A stretch of 64,000 nucleotides of DNA from an uncultured Gemmatimonadales bacterium (GCA_963798915.1 CAWCVB010000006.1:436307-500306), one strand, 5' to 3'; shown: positions 21,154 to 30,904, numbered from the stretch's first letter. Numbers and translations: made by a program. The notes: a model not told the origin generated them from the letters alone.

Positions 21154-21426
21154 TTACGCGAGTGAAGCTTCGAGTTTGCGGAGGATTCCTTCCCCGCGCC
21201 GGCGCAGCAGCGGCAGCGGCTCCCATGCAACGTAGTCGCGCAGCAGGCGTACCGTCTCGACACTCTCCTGGCCGGCGAGATAGCCCAGCGCCGCGAGTCG
21301 CCGCACCGGCCCCTGGTGAAAAAGGTCCTGGCGGTGATGCACATAGCGCTCCTGCGCCAGGGCCCAGCCGGCGATAATGCCCAGGCCGGCAGCCGCCGCA
21401 AAGACCGCGCCCCGGGAACGCATCAC
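21154..21426 (-). CDS. Small membrane-anchored hypothetical protein
   Basis: N-terminal hydrophobic helix then a helical HEAT-like segment; 4-nt overlap with recR. Confidence 0.75.
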   Translation of the reverse strand: MMRSRGAVFAAAAGLGIIAGWALAQERYVHHRQDLFHQGPVRRLAALGYLAGQESVETVRLLRDYVAWEPLPLLRRRGEGILRKLEASLA

Positions 21427-22010
21427 CCGACCTCCTGCCTGGCCGTGAGCGCATGCGCCAGCGTGACGCCATCGACGAACTCGAGGTCGCCACCCATGGG
21501 CAGCCCGCGTGCCAGCCGCGTCACCCGAACCGGAAGCGAGCCCAGCATCTGCTGGATATAGGTTGCCGTCACCTCGCCCTCCATCGACGGATTGGTGGCC
21601 AGGATCACTTCCCGCACGCCCCCGGCGCGGACCCGCTCCACCAGGCTGTCCAGGCGGAGCGATTCAGGACCGATGCCCTCGAGGGGCGAGAGCCGGCCGC
21701 CGAGCACATGATAGCGACCCCGGAATTCGGCCCGTTCCACCACCGGCACGGCGGATGGCTCCTCCACCACGCAGATCAGCGAGCTGTCCCGGCGTGGATC
21801 CCGGCAGATGTCACAGGGCTGTTCTTCTGTCAGGTTGCCACAGACCTGGCAGGGCTGGACTCGCTCGGCCACGGCGTCGAGTGCCCGGGCCAGCGCCCCG
21901 ACCTGACCTGTCCCCTGTCCAAGGAGATGGAAGGTCAGGCGCTGCGCCGTCTTGCGGCCGATCCCAGGCAGGCGCGACAGCTCGGAAATCAGGGCCTCGA
22001 TGGAACTCAC
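21423..22010 (-). CDS. recR: Recombination mediator RecR
   Basis: LPGIGRKTAQR, C4 zinc finger, Toprim ATNPSMEGE, ARGLP. Confidence 0.96.
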   Translation of the reverse strand: MSSIEALISELSRLPGIGRKTAQRLTFHLLGQGTGQVGALARALDAVAERVQPCQVCGNLTEEQPCDICRDPRRDSSLICVVEEPSAVPVVERAEFRGRYHVLGGRLSPLEGIGPESLRLDSLVERVRAGGVREVILATNPSMEGEVTATYIQQMLGSLPVRVTRLARGLPMGGDLEFVDGVTLAHALTARQEVG

Positions 22011-22013
22011 TGT

Positions 22014-22322
22014 TTACGACGGGCGGAGCGGCGCGCCGTCCGGCAACTTGGCGTATTCGGATTGCGCCAGATCGGCGGCCCAACGCTGGCCTTCGGCGAC
22101 AGCGGCCAGGACAAGGTCCGAGACGAATTCAGCGTCCCTGGTGGCGAATGCCTCCGGGTCGATCTGCACCGCACGGACGGTCCCACGTCCGTCCACGGAG
22201 ATGCGAACCAGCCCGCCTCCGGCGCTAAAATCACGCGACTGACTGGCGAGCTCGGTGTCAATGGTCTGGAGCCGGCGGTGCATCTGCTGGCTGATCTGCA
22301 TCAATTGCTGAAAGTCGGCCAT
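22014..22322 (-). CDS. ybaB: YbaB/EbfC nucleoid-associated protein
   Basis: AGGGLV, IDPE, DLVLAA; lies between dnaX and recR. Confidence 0.88.
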   Translation of the reverse strand: MADFQQLMQISQQMHRRLQTIDTELASQSRDFSAGGGLVRISVDGRGTVRAVQIDPEAFATRDAEFVSDLVLAAVAEGQRWAADLAQSEYAKLPDGAPLRPS

Positions 22323-22345
22323 GGGTTCCTGCGTCCCTCGGGTCG

Positions 22346-24043
22346 TTATTCCACGATCTCCAAATCTAATTCATCGGCGGCCGTATCGAGGGCCGCATCG
22401 CGGCGCCGGAGCCCCTTCAGGCGTTCGGACCGCATCGATTCCTCCGTCATCCTGAGCGGGGCGGTGCCCCCGGTCTCGCCTCCGGTGCTCCGGAGGTGGA
22501 ACCGCACGGCGGCTCCCAGCACACTGGCCAGGAGAGCCTCGATTTCCCCTGCCTTCTGCTCGAGCGGCTCCTGGAAGAGCGGGCTCGCCTCACGCAGCGA
22601 GACCGTGACATCTGGCGGGCTCACCGCAACGACCTGAGTGCTCGCGAGGGCCTCGCCGAGGAAGCGCGACTGCTCCCGCATGACCTCGGCCACTGATGAC
22701 CAGACGGCGCTGAGGCCAGCCAGCGAGAACTCGGCGCTCAGGGCGGCTGGGGCCGCCGACTGCGGGGCACGGATCGTCGAGTGTTCGGATGTCGGCTCCG
22801 CAGCCCGCATGGTCGGCGCCTGACGCTCGGCTCCTCCACGACTCGACCTCCTGACGCTCAGCTTCTCGACGCTCGACCTCTCGACGCCCGACCTCTCGAC
22901 GCTTGCCTTTGCCTCGTGTCGCCCCAGCACTTCCTCCAGGTCTACCATCCGGTCCATCAGCGCCCAGCGAAGCAGCAAGGTCTCGGCCACCAGTCGGGGC
23001 TGGGCGCTGCGCCGGAGCGCTGACTCCTGATCAGCCAGCAGCTTCAACATTCGCAGCAGGTCGCCAGGCGCCAGCGCCTTGCCAACGCTATCCAGCGCCG
23101 CCCGGGCAGCTTCGGTGAGGCCCTGCGGCTGGGCCCCGACCTGGAGCATCAGCAGGGCGCGCAGCCACTCCCCCGCTGCTGCCATGAACTCGCCGAGGTC
23201 GGCGCCGGACTCGACCACTTCATCCACCAACTGAAAGACGGCCGCGGCCTCGTGCTCCGTGAGGGCCCGAAGCAGGCGCGCCAGCAGTTCGTCCGATGCC
23301 AGACCCAGCGTCTCGCGGACGCGCGCAGCCGTGATCTGTCCCTCGCCGAGGCTGAGGCACTGATCGAGCACCGACAGCGCGTCCCGCATGCCGCCGTCCG
23401 CGTGACGCGCGATCAGGGTAAGCGCGTCATCTTCAGCCCCGATGCCCTCCGCGTCGAGCACGGCACGGAGCCGGTCGCGAATGGCCCCAGGCCCGATCCG
23501 GCGAAAGTCCAGCCGCTGGAGCCGCGACATGATCGGCGCAGCGGTCGATTCGATCTTCTGCGGTTCGGTCGTGGCAAAGACAAACACCACGCGCGGCGGC
23601 GGCTCCTCGAGAATCTTGAGCAGCGCGTTCCATGCCTCGCGGGTGAGCATATGGGCCTCATCCACGATGTAGATCTTGTAATGGCCCTCCTGCGAGGCGG
23701 CATACATGGCCCGCTCGCGGAGGTCCCGCGCGTCGTCCACGCCGCGGTTGCTGGCGGCGTCGATTTCGACGACATCGAGACTGGCGCCGCCACTCCAGAT
23801 TCGGATGCAGCTCTCGCAGACACCGCACGGGTCGCCAGCGGCGTCCCGATCAGGACAGTTGAGGGCCATGGCCAGGATCCGCGCGGCCGTGGTCTTCCCG
23901 ACCCCACGGGGGCCCGTCAGCAGGTATCCATGGCCAATGCGATCCTGCGCGACAGCACCACGCAGGACAGCAGCGACGTGATCCTGCACCAGCAGGTCAG
24001 CGAAACGCTTGGGACGGTAGCGACGGGCGAGGCTGATGGTCAT
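22346..24043 (-). CDS. dnaX: DNA polymerase III subunit gamma/tau
   Basis: LARRYRP, GPRGVGKTT, EIDAASNRG, IVDEAHML, GGMRDA. Confidence 0.96.
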   Translation of the reverse strand: MTISLARRYRPKRFADLLVQDHVAAVLRGAVAQDRIGHGYLLTGPRGVGKTTAARILAMALNCPDRDAAGDPCGVCESCIRIWSGGASLDVVEIDAASNRGVDDARDLRERAMYAASQEGHYKIYIVDEAHMLTREAWNALLKILEEPPPRVVFVFATTEPQKIESTAAPIMSRLQRLDFRRIGPGAIRDRLRAVLDAEGIGAEDDALTLIARHADGGMRDALSVLDQCLSLGEGQITAARVRETLGLASDELLARLLRALTEHEAAAVFQLVDEVVESGADLGEFMAAAGEWLRALLMLQVGAQPQGLTEAARAALDSVGKALAPGDLLRMLKLLADQESALRRSAQPRLVAETLLLRWALMDRMVDLEEVLGRHEAKASVERSGVERSSVEKLSVRRSSRGGAERQAPTMRAAEPTSEHSTIRAPQSAAPAALSAEFSLAGLSAVWSSVAEVMREQSRFLGEALASTQVVAVSPPDVTVSLREASPLFQEPLEQKAGEIEALLASVLGAAVRFHLRSTGGETGGTAPLRMTEESMRSERLKGLRRRDAALDTAADELDLEIVE

Positions 24044-24053
24044 GGGAAAGAAA

Positions 24054-24154
24054 GTGCCCCAGGCTCCCCGAAGCGACACCGGACATCGCTTAGCGCTGCT
24101 ACCGGCGAGGTCCTGACGCGGTTCGCGCGCCAGCGCCCTTCGGACCTGGGGCAC
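24054..24154 (-). ncRNA. ffs: Signal recognition particle RNA (small bacterial 4.5S type)
   Basis: Terminal stem GUGCCCCAGG/CCUGGGGCAC, conserved GAACC...GUCAGG...AGCAGC helix-8 motif, usual position upstream of dnaX. Confidence 0.9.
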
Positions 24155-24233
24155 AGGAAATATAGCCGGGCCAGGGGGACGGCGGAAGGCTGCACGCTGG
24201 GCACTTTGCGGGCTGCGCGCTCCGCATGGCGCC

Positions 24234-25163
24234 TCACTCCAGAACCGCCCGCTGATGCTGCTGCATCCGGCGCAACTCCCATGTTTCAGCCACCACGCCT
24301 CCGAGCAGAAAGACCAGTGCGGTGTAGTAGACCCAGAGCACGAACAGGACGGCGGCGCCGATGTCGGCATTGCCGGCGGCCGCCCGCGCCGTGGCAAAAT
24401 TGGCCAGGTAGAGCGCATAGAGCCGCTTGGCGAGCTCGAACATGATCGCCGTGAAGCAGGCAGCGAGCATCGCCGACAGCCACGGCAGCTTCCGGGCCGA
24501 GGCAAACCGATAGAGCACAAAGAAGAGCGAGATCGAGAATGCGACCGTCACGATCTCGCTCAGGATCCTGCCCCCGGCCGTCAGGAAGAATTGCAGGACC
24601 GGCGACGTGGTGAAGCCGCGCGAATCCAGCAGCGCGATCCCGGCGGTGAGCGCCGCGTTGAGCAGGAAGAGGGTCAGGGTGAAGACGACCATGCTCACAT
24701 CGCGCAGCTTCCCGCGGGCCCAGGCAACCAGGAAGTTGCGCCGGGGCTGGGGTCGCAGGCCAACATCGAAGATGTGGTTGAGCGACGTCCGCACGCCGGC
24801 GAACAGCCGGGTGCTGAACCAGATGAACGTCGGAATGGCGTAGAGGGATATCGTCTTGCTGTTCTTGGCCACTCCGGTCAGCAAGTCCTCAACCAGCTGG
24901 AAGGGATCACCCGCGGCCCCGAAGTGGGGCGGCATGAAGGCATGGAAGATCTCGCGGGGATTGGGACCGCTGCCGGCCACCGCCTGCAAGACCTGGGTGA
25001 GCCCGATCAACAACAGCAGGACAAACGGAACCGCCGCGAGCAGCGCATCGAACGTGACCCCGCTGGCCAGGAAGGGCACGCTGCTCTCATCGGCTGCCTG
25101 CAGCACCCGCCAGATGAAGCCGAGTGGCGAGCGGTACCAGTCGCCCTTTCTTCCGGCGCTCAG
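24234..25163 (-). CDS. YihY/BrkB family inner membrane protein
   Basis: Six hydrophobic segments, FLASGVTF, LFVLWVYY...LLGG. Start uncertain (CTG 25163 or GTG 25106). Confidence 0.85.
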   Translation of the reverse strand: MSAGRKGDWYRSPLGFIWRVLQAADESSVPFLASGVTFDALLAAVPFVLLLLIGLTQVLQAVAGSGPNPREIFHAFMPPHFGAAGDPFQLVEDLLTGVAKNSKTISLYAIPTFIWFSTRLFAGVRTSLNHIFDVGLRPQPRRNFLVAWARGKLRDVSMVVFTLTLFLLNAALTAGIALLDSRGFTTSPVLQFFLTAGGRILSEIVTVAFSISLFFVLYRFASARKLPWLSAMLAACFTAIMFELAKRLYALYLANFATARAAAGNADIGAAVLFVLWVYYTALVFLLGGVVAETWELRRMQQHQRAVLE

Positions 25164-25570
25164 CCCTTCGGTTCCTCAGGCATGGCCGGCGCCGCCTCCC
25201 GGCGGCGCCGGGAGCGCGCCTCGGCCAGCCGACGCTCGATTTCCTCCCGGGGTGACGGCTCCGGGACGGGCATCGGCGGCGCAGGGGTCGCCTCGTCCAG
25301 CTCGTCCTCAAACTCATCGATGGCCGACTCGGCGGCGCTGGCGACACGCCGCCCCGACCCAAAGCGCTCCACCAGCTCGTCGACGCGTTCCTCAGTGGCC
25401 GCTCGCAGTCGGCGGAGGCGGCGCTGCAGCGTCCGTCGAGTCTCCTCCCCGCTACGTGGCGCGTAGAGCAGCGCCATGCCGGCGCCCAGGAGCGCCCCCC
25501 AGAACAGCCACTTGGCCGACGAGTCGCTGCGCTCGACGAAGACTACTTCGGTTGGCTTGCCGCGGTGCAT
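25160..25570 (-). CDS. YtxH domain protein
   Basis: GALLGAGMALLYAPRSGEETR motif; SD GGAGG. Confidence 0.85.
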   Translation of the reverse strand: MHRGKPTEVVFVERSDSSAKWLFWGALLGAGMALLYAPRSGEETRRTLQRRLRRLRAATEERVDELVERFGSGRRVASAAESAIDEFEDELDEATPAPPMPVPEPSPREEIERRLAEARSRRRREAAPAMPEEPKG

Positions 25571-25578
25571 GTCGCCTC

Positions 25579-26997
25579 CTATTCGCCGGCGTCGGCATCG
25601 TCCGTCGCGCGCACCAGCACCTTCTCCAGCGCCGCATGATGCTGCAGGGGCGCCGTGACGGTGCGATCCACAAGATCGGTGGTGCCATTCACGTTGAGTT
25701 GTTCGAAAAGAAAAGCGAACGTCCGTTCGAGATCACGTGCAATGGCCGTGCGGACCTCGGCAGGTAGTGCCCAGAGTTCCTGCTTGAAGGGCCCAATGGC
25801 CTTCTTGCGGGTCTTGTAGTAGAACTGTTCGTCCGTGTCACTTGCCTTCCGCTCGCCGGCCGCGTGCTCATCCAGCCAGACGTACATCCGCCGCCGAAGC
25901 TCGGCAGGGAGGCTGGGATGGTCAAACACGATGTTCTGAAAATTGGTGGCCAGGTGGATCTCGGCGGCCTCCACCCTGGGGAAATTGCCGAAGGCATTGC
26001 TGGGCAAGGTGCTCGCACCATGCTGGACCGCCCCGGCCAGCGCGTAGTCCTCGCGCGCCACGCGCGAAAGGTCACGCAGCGCGTCGAGGTCCAGCTTCAC
26101 CTCCGCGATGGATCCGTCCGCCAGGACGACACCGCCATGTGACGTGCCGGTCTGCACCGAGATCTTGCTGATGCCGGCCTCGACGCCGAGCCGCTCGCAC
26201 GCCCGGGTATACCCGTCCATGAACGCGCGCAACTCCGCGACCGTGCTGTTCTTGTGGCCGACTTCGCCGATTTCCGCACCGACCGACACCGTGACGCCCT
26301 CGGGCTCCCGCTCACGAATGAACCGGGTGATCTCAGCCGCGCGCTCGTAATTGTCCTGCTGCTGCTCGGCCAGGCTTGGGCGCTCCAGGTCGACGAGCGT
26401 GGACGTATCGACATCGATGTTGTAGAAGCCGGCCGCAACCTCCTCGGCGATCAGCTTCTTGACTTCGCCGACTTCCTTCTCGGGATCGGCGGCGTACTTG
26501 GCGGCGCTGACCTGACAATGGTCTCCCTGAATGAAGAGTGGCTGGCGAAAGCCCTCCCGCAGCGCGGCGCCGATCATCACTGCCACGTACTCCGCCGGAC
26601 GCTGGTCGGTATAGGCAATTTCCGAACGCGCAATCTCGACAATCAGGGCGCCAACCTTGCCCGCCCTGGCCGCACGAAAGACCGCACGCCCGGAGTCGTA
26701 TGCCATGGTCCGAATGTTGATCGCAGGCACGGTAAAGCCGGCGCCCTCACCCCGGCCGCGCGCCATGTAGAGCTCGTGAATCGACGCGGGCCGCACGCCC
26801 TGCACCTGGCCGATTTCCCACAGCAGCCACCGCGCCGCCTCCCGGTCGTCGTCCCCGCCGAAGACCGCGCGCCAGACCAGACGATCCATGGCGTCGGACC
26901 GAAGTACCGCCGGATCTTCCACCACCACCCCACCGGGCACAACACCGACGCCGTTCCCGAAGAGTGCCTTTGCCAATGCTGCCGTTTCAGTCGCCAT
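25579..26997 (-). CDS. Class II fructose-bisphosphate aldolase family protein (long form)
   Basis: VPAINIR, QGDH, GAEIGEVG, GTSHGG, QHGAS; downstream of pgi. Confidence 0.85.
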   Translation of the reverse strand: MATETAALAKALFGNGVGVVPGGVVVEDPAVLRSDAMDRLVWRAVFGGDDDREAARWLLWEIGQVQGVRPASIHELYMARGRGEGAGFTVPAINIRTMAYDSGRAVFRAARAGKVGALIVEIARSEIAYTDQRPAEYVAVMIGAALREGFRQPLFIQGDHCQVSAAKYAADPEKEVGEVKKLIAEEVAAGFYNIDVDTSTLVDLERPSLAEQQQDNYERAAEITRFIREREPEGVTVSVGAEIGEVGHKNSTVAELRAFMDGYTRACERLGVEAGISKISVQTGTSHGGVVLADGSIAEVKLDLDALRDLSRVAREDYALAGAVQHGASTLPSNAFGNFPRVEAAEIHLATNFQNIVFDHPSLPAELRRRMYVWLDEHAAGERKASDTDEQFYYKTRKKAIGPFKQELWALPAEVRTAIARDLERTFAFLFEQLNVNGTTDLVDRTVTAPLQHHAALEKVLVRATDDADAGE

Positions 26998-27076
26998 ACC
27001 GCTCCAACCTCTTTGCTGAAGATCCCCGCGGGCATGCTCGCCAAAGGTAGGCAGCCCGCACGGCGCGGCCAAGCGC

Positions 27077-28468
27077 CTAGGCCTCGTCGCCTGCCGACCG
27101 TGCCGAAATGGGCTCGTCGTAGCCCGCGCGCCCCATGGCGGTGTAGGTCAGCCGCTTCCCGAGCTCCACGCCCGGCTGGTCGAACGGGTCGATGTTGTAC
27201 CAGATGCCCGCATAGCCGCACGCCACCTGGAAGAACATGAGCAGCTCCCCAAACGTCTCGGCGTCGAGCACGGGCAGCGTCAGGGTCATGTTGAGTCGAC
27301 CCATGCGCGCCAGGGCCGAAGAGGTGGCCTCCAATTCGGCCCGGAGCAGCTCCTGCAGCGTGTGCCCCCGAAGGTATTCCTGTGCCTCGGGCGCGCCCTG
27401 GGGCACCGGGATGGTCACGTCCACCGCATGGTGCTCCACATCGATGAACGTGATCGCCTTGTCGTATGGTCCTTCCATGAAGAGCTGGACCTGACTGTGC
27501 TGGTCCGTGGCTCCGACCGCGCCAATCGGTGTCGGGCCGGCATTGATAAGTTCGCCCCGGCGATCCAGGCGCTTGCCGAGACTCTCGGCCCAGAGCTGCC
27601 GGTACCATTCGGCAAACTCGCGCAGCTGGTCCGCATACGGCATGACGACATGAATGCGCGCTCCATGCCAGGTGTCCGCCGCCCACAACATCGCCGCATA
27701 GAGCGCCGGCGCGTTGGCCAGCAGGTCATCCGTCTCAGCGCGGTCTATCGTCCGGGCCGCACCCCGGAGCAAGGCCTCGATATCGATGCCGACCAGGGCG
27801 GCCGGCAGCAATCCCACGGGTGAGAGCACGCTGTAACGGCCACCGACGTCGGCCGGCACTGGCAGCGCCGGTATTCCCTCATCGCGGGCGATCTGCCGCA
27901 GCGCCCCCTGCTCCGGGTCGGTCGTGAAGACGAGATGCCGGGTCGCGGCCGCTCCCAGTGCCTCCTCGAGCCACTGCCGCACGACGAGATACTGCGCCAT
28001 CGTCTCGCCAGTCCCGCCGGACTTGCTCACCACGTTCACCAGCACGCGCCTGGGATCGATCCGGTCCAATGTTGCACGAACGGTCACCGGGTCGACGTTC
28101 TCGAGCACCGTAAGGCGCGGAAAGAATTCCCGCGCATCATCATCCAGTTCGTTCCAGGCCGGCAGCTTCAGCCCGTTCAGGAGCGCCTTCGTTCCCAGCG
28201 CGGAGCCGCCGATTCCAAGCACCAGCACGTGATCATGCGCCTGCCCCATGCCTTCGGCAAAGTTGAGGATCTCGCGCACCGTCTCTTCCTGGTGAACCAG
28301 CCCATAGAAGCCGTACTCGCCCTCCTTGCGGCGGGCGCGGAGTTCCGACTGGACCTTGGCAAAACGCCGGGCCAGGTCAGCGAGACGGTTGCGGGACAGG
28401 CCACGCTGCCCGTCGATGCCGCCATCGAGCGCATCCTCGAGCATCCGAGCGTAATGCAGCTTGATCAC
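27077..28468 (-). CDS. pgi: Glucose-6-phosphate isomerase
   Basis: GIGGSALG, SKSGGT, VGGRYS, QLWAESLGK, DQHS, PFDQPGVELGK. Confidence 0.96.
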   Translation of the reverse strand: MIKLHYARMLEDALDGGIDGQRGLSRNRLADLARRFAKVQSELRARRKEGEYGFYGLVHQEETVREILNFAEGMGQAHDHVLVLGIGGSALGTKALLNGLKLPAWNELDDDAREFFPRLTVLENVDPVTVRATLDRIDPRRVLVNVVSKSGGTGETMAQYLVVRQWLEEALGAAATRHLVFTTDPEQGALRQIARDEGIPALPVPADVGGRYSVLSPVGLLPAALVGIDIEALLRGAARTIDRAETDDLLANAPALYAAMLWAADTWHGARIHVVMPYADQLREFAEWYRQLWAESLGKRLDRRGELINAGPTPIGAVGATDQHSQVQLFMEGPYDKAITFIDVEHHAVDVTIPVPQGAPEAQEYLRGHTLQELLRAELEATSSALARMGRLNMTLTLPVLDAETFGELLMFFQVACGYAGIWYNIDPFDQPGVELGKRLTYTAMGRAGYDEPISARSAGDEA

Positions 28469-29241
28469 GTTACCTCCACAACAAGTCCATCGTACGCGGG
28501 CGCGATTCCAGGGGGTAGCGATAAAGCGAGGTCCGCATGCCCGGTCTCATGAGTCAGGTGGGTCAGGTACGTGCGGGCCGCACCCACCTCGCCCGCTACG
28601 GCGATCGCTTCGTCGATGCTCAAGTGGGTGGGATGCGGACGCCGCCAGAGCGCATTGAGGGCAAGCGTCGTCACCCCCTGCAGCGCCAAACACGCGGCAG
28701 GCGGCACCGCCTTCGCATCTGTAATGTATGCCAGCCGGCCAAATCGGTAACCAAAGACTCGCATCGGGCCATGTTGAAACGCCACGGGCAGTACGCTGAG
28801 GCCTGCGATCTCCACGGGCTCACCTGGCTCGAGCGGGTGCGCCTCCAGTCGCGGCTTCGATGTTCCCGGCAGCGGTCGAATGTCGTCATCGAACACGTAA
28901 GCAAATGAACGTCGCAACCGGTCCATGGTTTCTGCAGGTCCATAAATCGGCAGCGGGTTGCCCGATCGTGCCGAGAACGCGCGCAGGTCGTCCAAGCCGG
29001 CGATGTGGTCGGCGTGCTCGTGAGTAAACAGCACGGCGTCGATCCGGGTGATCCCGTCACGAATGAGCTGCAGCCGAAGCTCGGGTGGCGTATCGATCAG
29101 GATGGCGCACTCGTCGGTCTCGACCAGCGCCGCCGACCGAGTCCGGTGATCACGCGGATCAGCCGATCGGCAGACGTCGCACCCGCATCCCACCTGGGGA
29201 ATGCCAAATGACGTGCCCGTCCCGAGGAAGCGGAGTCGCAC
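28465..29241 (-). CDS. MBL-fold metallohydrolase (PhnP-like)
   Basis: LGTGTS, CGCDVC, THEHADH, AYITD, HPTH, THLTH, AYDGL. Confidence 0.9.
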   Translation of the reverse strand: MRLRFLGTGTSFGIPQVGCGCDVCRSADPRDHRTRSAALVETDECAILIDTPPELRLQLIRDGITRIDAVLFTHEHADHIAGLDDLRAFSARSGNPLPIYGPAETMDRLRRSFAYVFDDDIRPLPGTSKPRLEAHPLEPGEPVEIAGLSVLPVAFQHGPMRVFGYRFGRLAYITDAKAVPPAACLALQGVTTLALNALWRRPHPTHLSIDEAIAVAGEVGAARTYLTHLTHETGHADLALSLPPGIAPAYDGLVVEVT

Positions 29242-29244
29242 GGC

Positions 29245-30714
29245 TCAGACGATCTCCACCTTGAGGAGGTTCGTGGTGCCCGGCTGATCCCACGGCACGC
29301 CCGCCGTCACTACAACGCGATCACCCACCTCGGCAAGGCCGCGGTCCAACAGCCGCTGACGGGCCTCGGGCAGCATGTGTTCGTAGGTGGGATAGTGATC
29401 GGCCAGCGCAGGAATGACTCCCCAGACCAGCGCCAGCTGGCGAAACGTTTCCGGCTCGGGCGTGACGGCAAAGATCGGTACCGGTGGCCGGCAGGCAGCG
29501 ACCATGCGCGCGGTGAAGCCGGACGACGTGAAGCAGACGATGCATGGTGTCCGCAGCAGCTCGGCCGCGGCGCAGGTGGCGACGGCAATCGCCGTCTCGG
29601 TGCGGGTGGCCGCGTGATCGGTGCCGCGTCGCCCGAACGCGCCCGCCGGATCGACGCTCCGTCCGGCCACGATATCGAGTGCGCTGCTTCGCGCGGGGCG
29701 CTCACGCTCGAGCTCATGCGCGATCCGGACCATGGCTTCAACCGACTCCTTCGCGAAGGCGCCGACGGCGGTCTCGGCGGAAAGCATCACGGCATCGGTA
29801 CCGTCCAGGATGGCGTTGGCCACGTCGGAGACCTCCGCCCGAGTTGGCCGGGGCGCATGCACCATGCTTTCGAGCATCTGGGTCGCGGTGATGACCGGCT
29901 TGTGCGCAAGATTCGCCTCGCGAATAAGCCGCTTCTGCGCCAGCGGCACCTCCTCGAAGGGAAGTTCGACCCCAAGGTCACCGCGCGCCACCATGATGGC
30001 ATCCGCTGCCGCGATGATGGGTCGCAGATTCTTGAGCGCCGTGTCCTTCTCGATCTTGGCGATGAGCTTGATGCGCTTGGGGATCAGGCGGCGCATCGCC
30101 TCGAGATCCTCTGCCCGACGCACAAATGACATCGCGATGTAGTCGACGCCGAGCTCGGCAGCCCGCTGGGCCTCCTCGCGATCCCGATCGTTGATGGCCG
30201 GAGCGCTGACCTCGGCACCAGGCAGATTGATGCCCTTGCTGCTTCGAAGCTCGCCGCCATACAGCACCTTGCCGCGAACCCGATCGCCATGCACCTGTGT
30301 CACTTCCACGACCAGCAAACCATCGTCGAGCAGGACTCGCGATCCTACAGAGACGTCCCGGGCGAGCGCATCGTAGGTGGTCGGAATCTCGGCTGGCGAC
30401 GCAGTCTCCTCCGGAGCGAAGGTGACCAGTTCGTCGGTGGTGAGCAGCCGTGGCGCAGCCAGACGGCCGACCCGGATCCGCGGACCTTGCAGGTCTACCA
30501 GGATGGCGGCCGAGGCGCCTGCGGCCGCTCGGTCCTTGAGCACCGCTTTCAGGTCCCTGATCCAGCGATCACGGATCTCGGGCGTGCCATGGGATGTATT
30601 GACCCGGACCACGTCAACGCCTGCATCCAGCAGGCTCCGCATCGCGTCGGGCGTTTCCCAGCTTGGGCCGAGCGTGGCGACAATCTTGGTGCGGCGGTAG
30701 GTGGTACGGCTCAC
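29245..30714 (-). CDS. pyk: Pyruvate kinase
   Basis: RRTKIVATLGP, DLQGPRIR, AKIE, MVARGDLGVE, ATQMLESM, PTRAE. Confidence 0.97.
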   Translation of the reverse strand: MSRTTYRRTKIVATLGPSWETPDAMRSLLDAGVDVVRVNTSHGTPEIRDRWIRDLKAVLKDRAAAGASAAILVDLQGPRIRVGRLAAPRLLTTDELVTFAPEETASPAEIPTTYDALARDVSVGSRVLLDDGLLVVEVTQVHGDRVRGKVLYGGELRSSKGINLPGAEVSAPAINDRDREEAQRAAELGVDYIAMSFVRRAEDLEAMRRLIPKRIKLIAKIEKDTALKNLRPIIAAADAIMVARGDLGVELPFEEVPLAQKRLIREANLAHKPVITATQMLESMVHAPRPTRAEVSDVANAILDGTDAVMLSAETAVGAFAKESVEAMVRIAHELERERPARSSALDIVAGRSVDPAGAFGRRGTDHAATRTETAIAVATCAAAELLRTPCIVCFTSSGFTARMVAACRPPVPIFAVTPEPETFRQLALVWGVIPALADHYPTYEHMLPEARQRLLDRGLAEVGDRVVVTAGVPWDQPGTTNLLKVEIV

Positions 30715-30904
30715 GAGCGCTCCGGTTAGTCTGACGGGTGGCGGCGCCCGCAGTTTAGTCGGATCGGAGTTGCGTTGCACGGCCATGAATAATCGTGGCG
30801 CGGCCGCAACGCCTGCGGCCCCGGCCAGTGCCACAGCCGATGGCTTGGGGTCCGGAAGTACTGGACCGTGACCACAGCGCCTGAGGTAAAAGCATGTTTC
30901 ACTC

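Noticed and set aside
22346..24043. E. coli-type -1 frameshift or poly-A slippage site in dnaX
   Set aside because: I saw no A AAA AAG or long A/T run in the linker.
19954..24154. ffs-dnaX-ybaB-recR-mglBA order as a novel arrangement
   Set aside because: ffs-dnaX-ybaB-recR is widely conserved, and from memory mglBA lies near recR in other lineages too, so only the MglA insert and the small ORF are reported.
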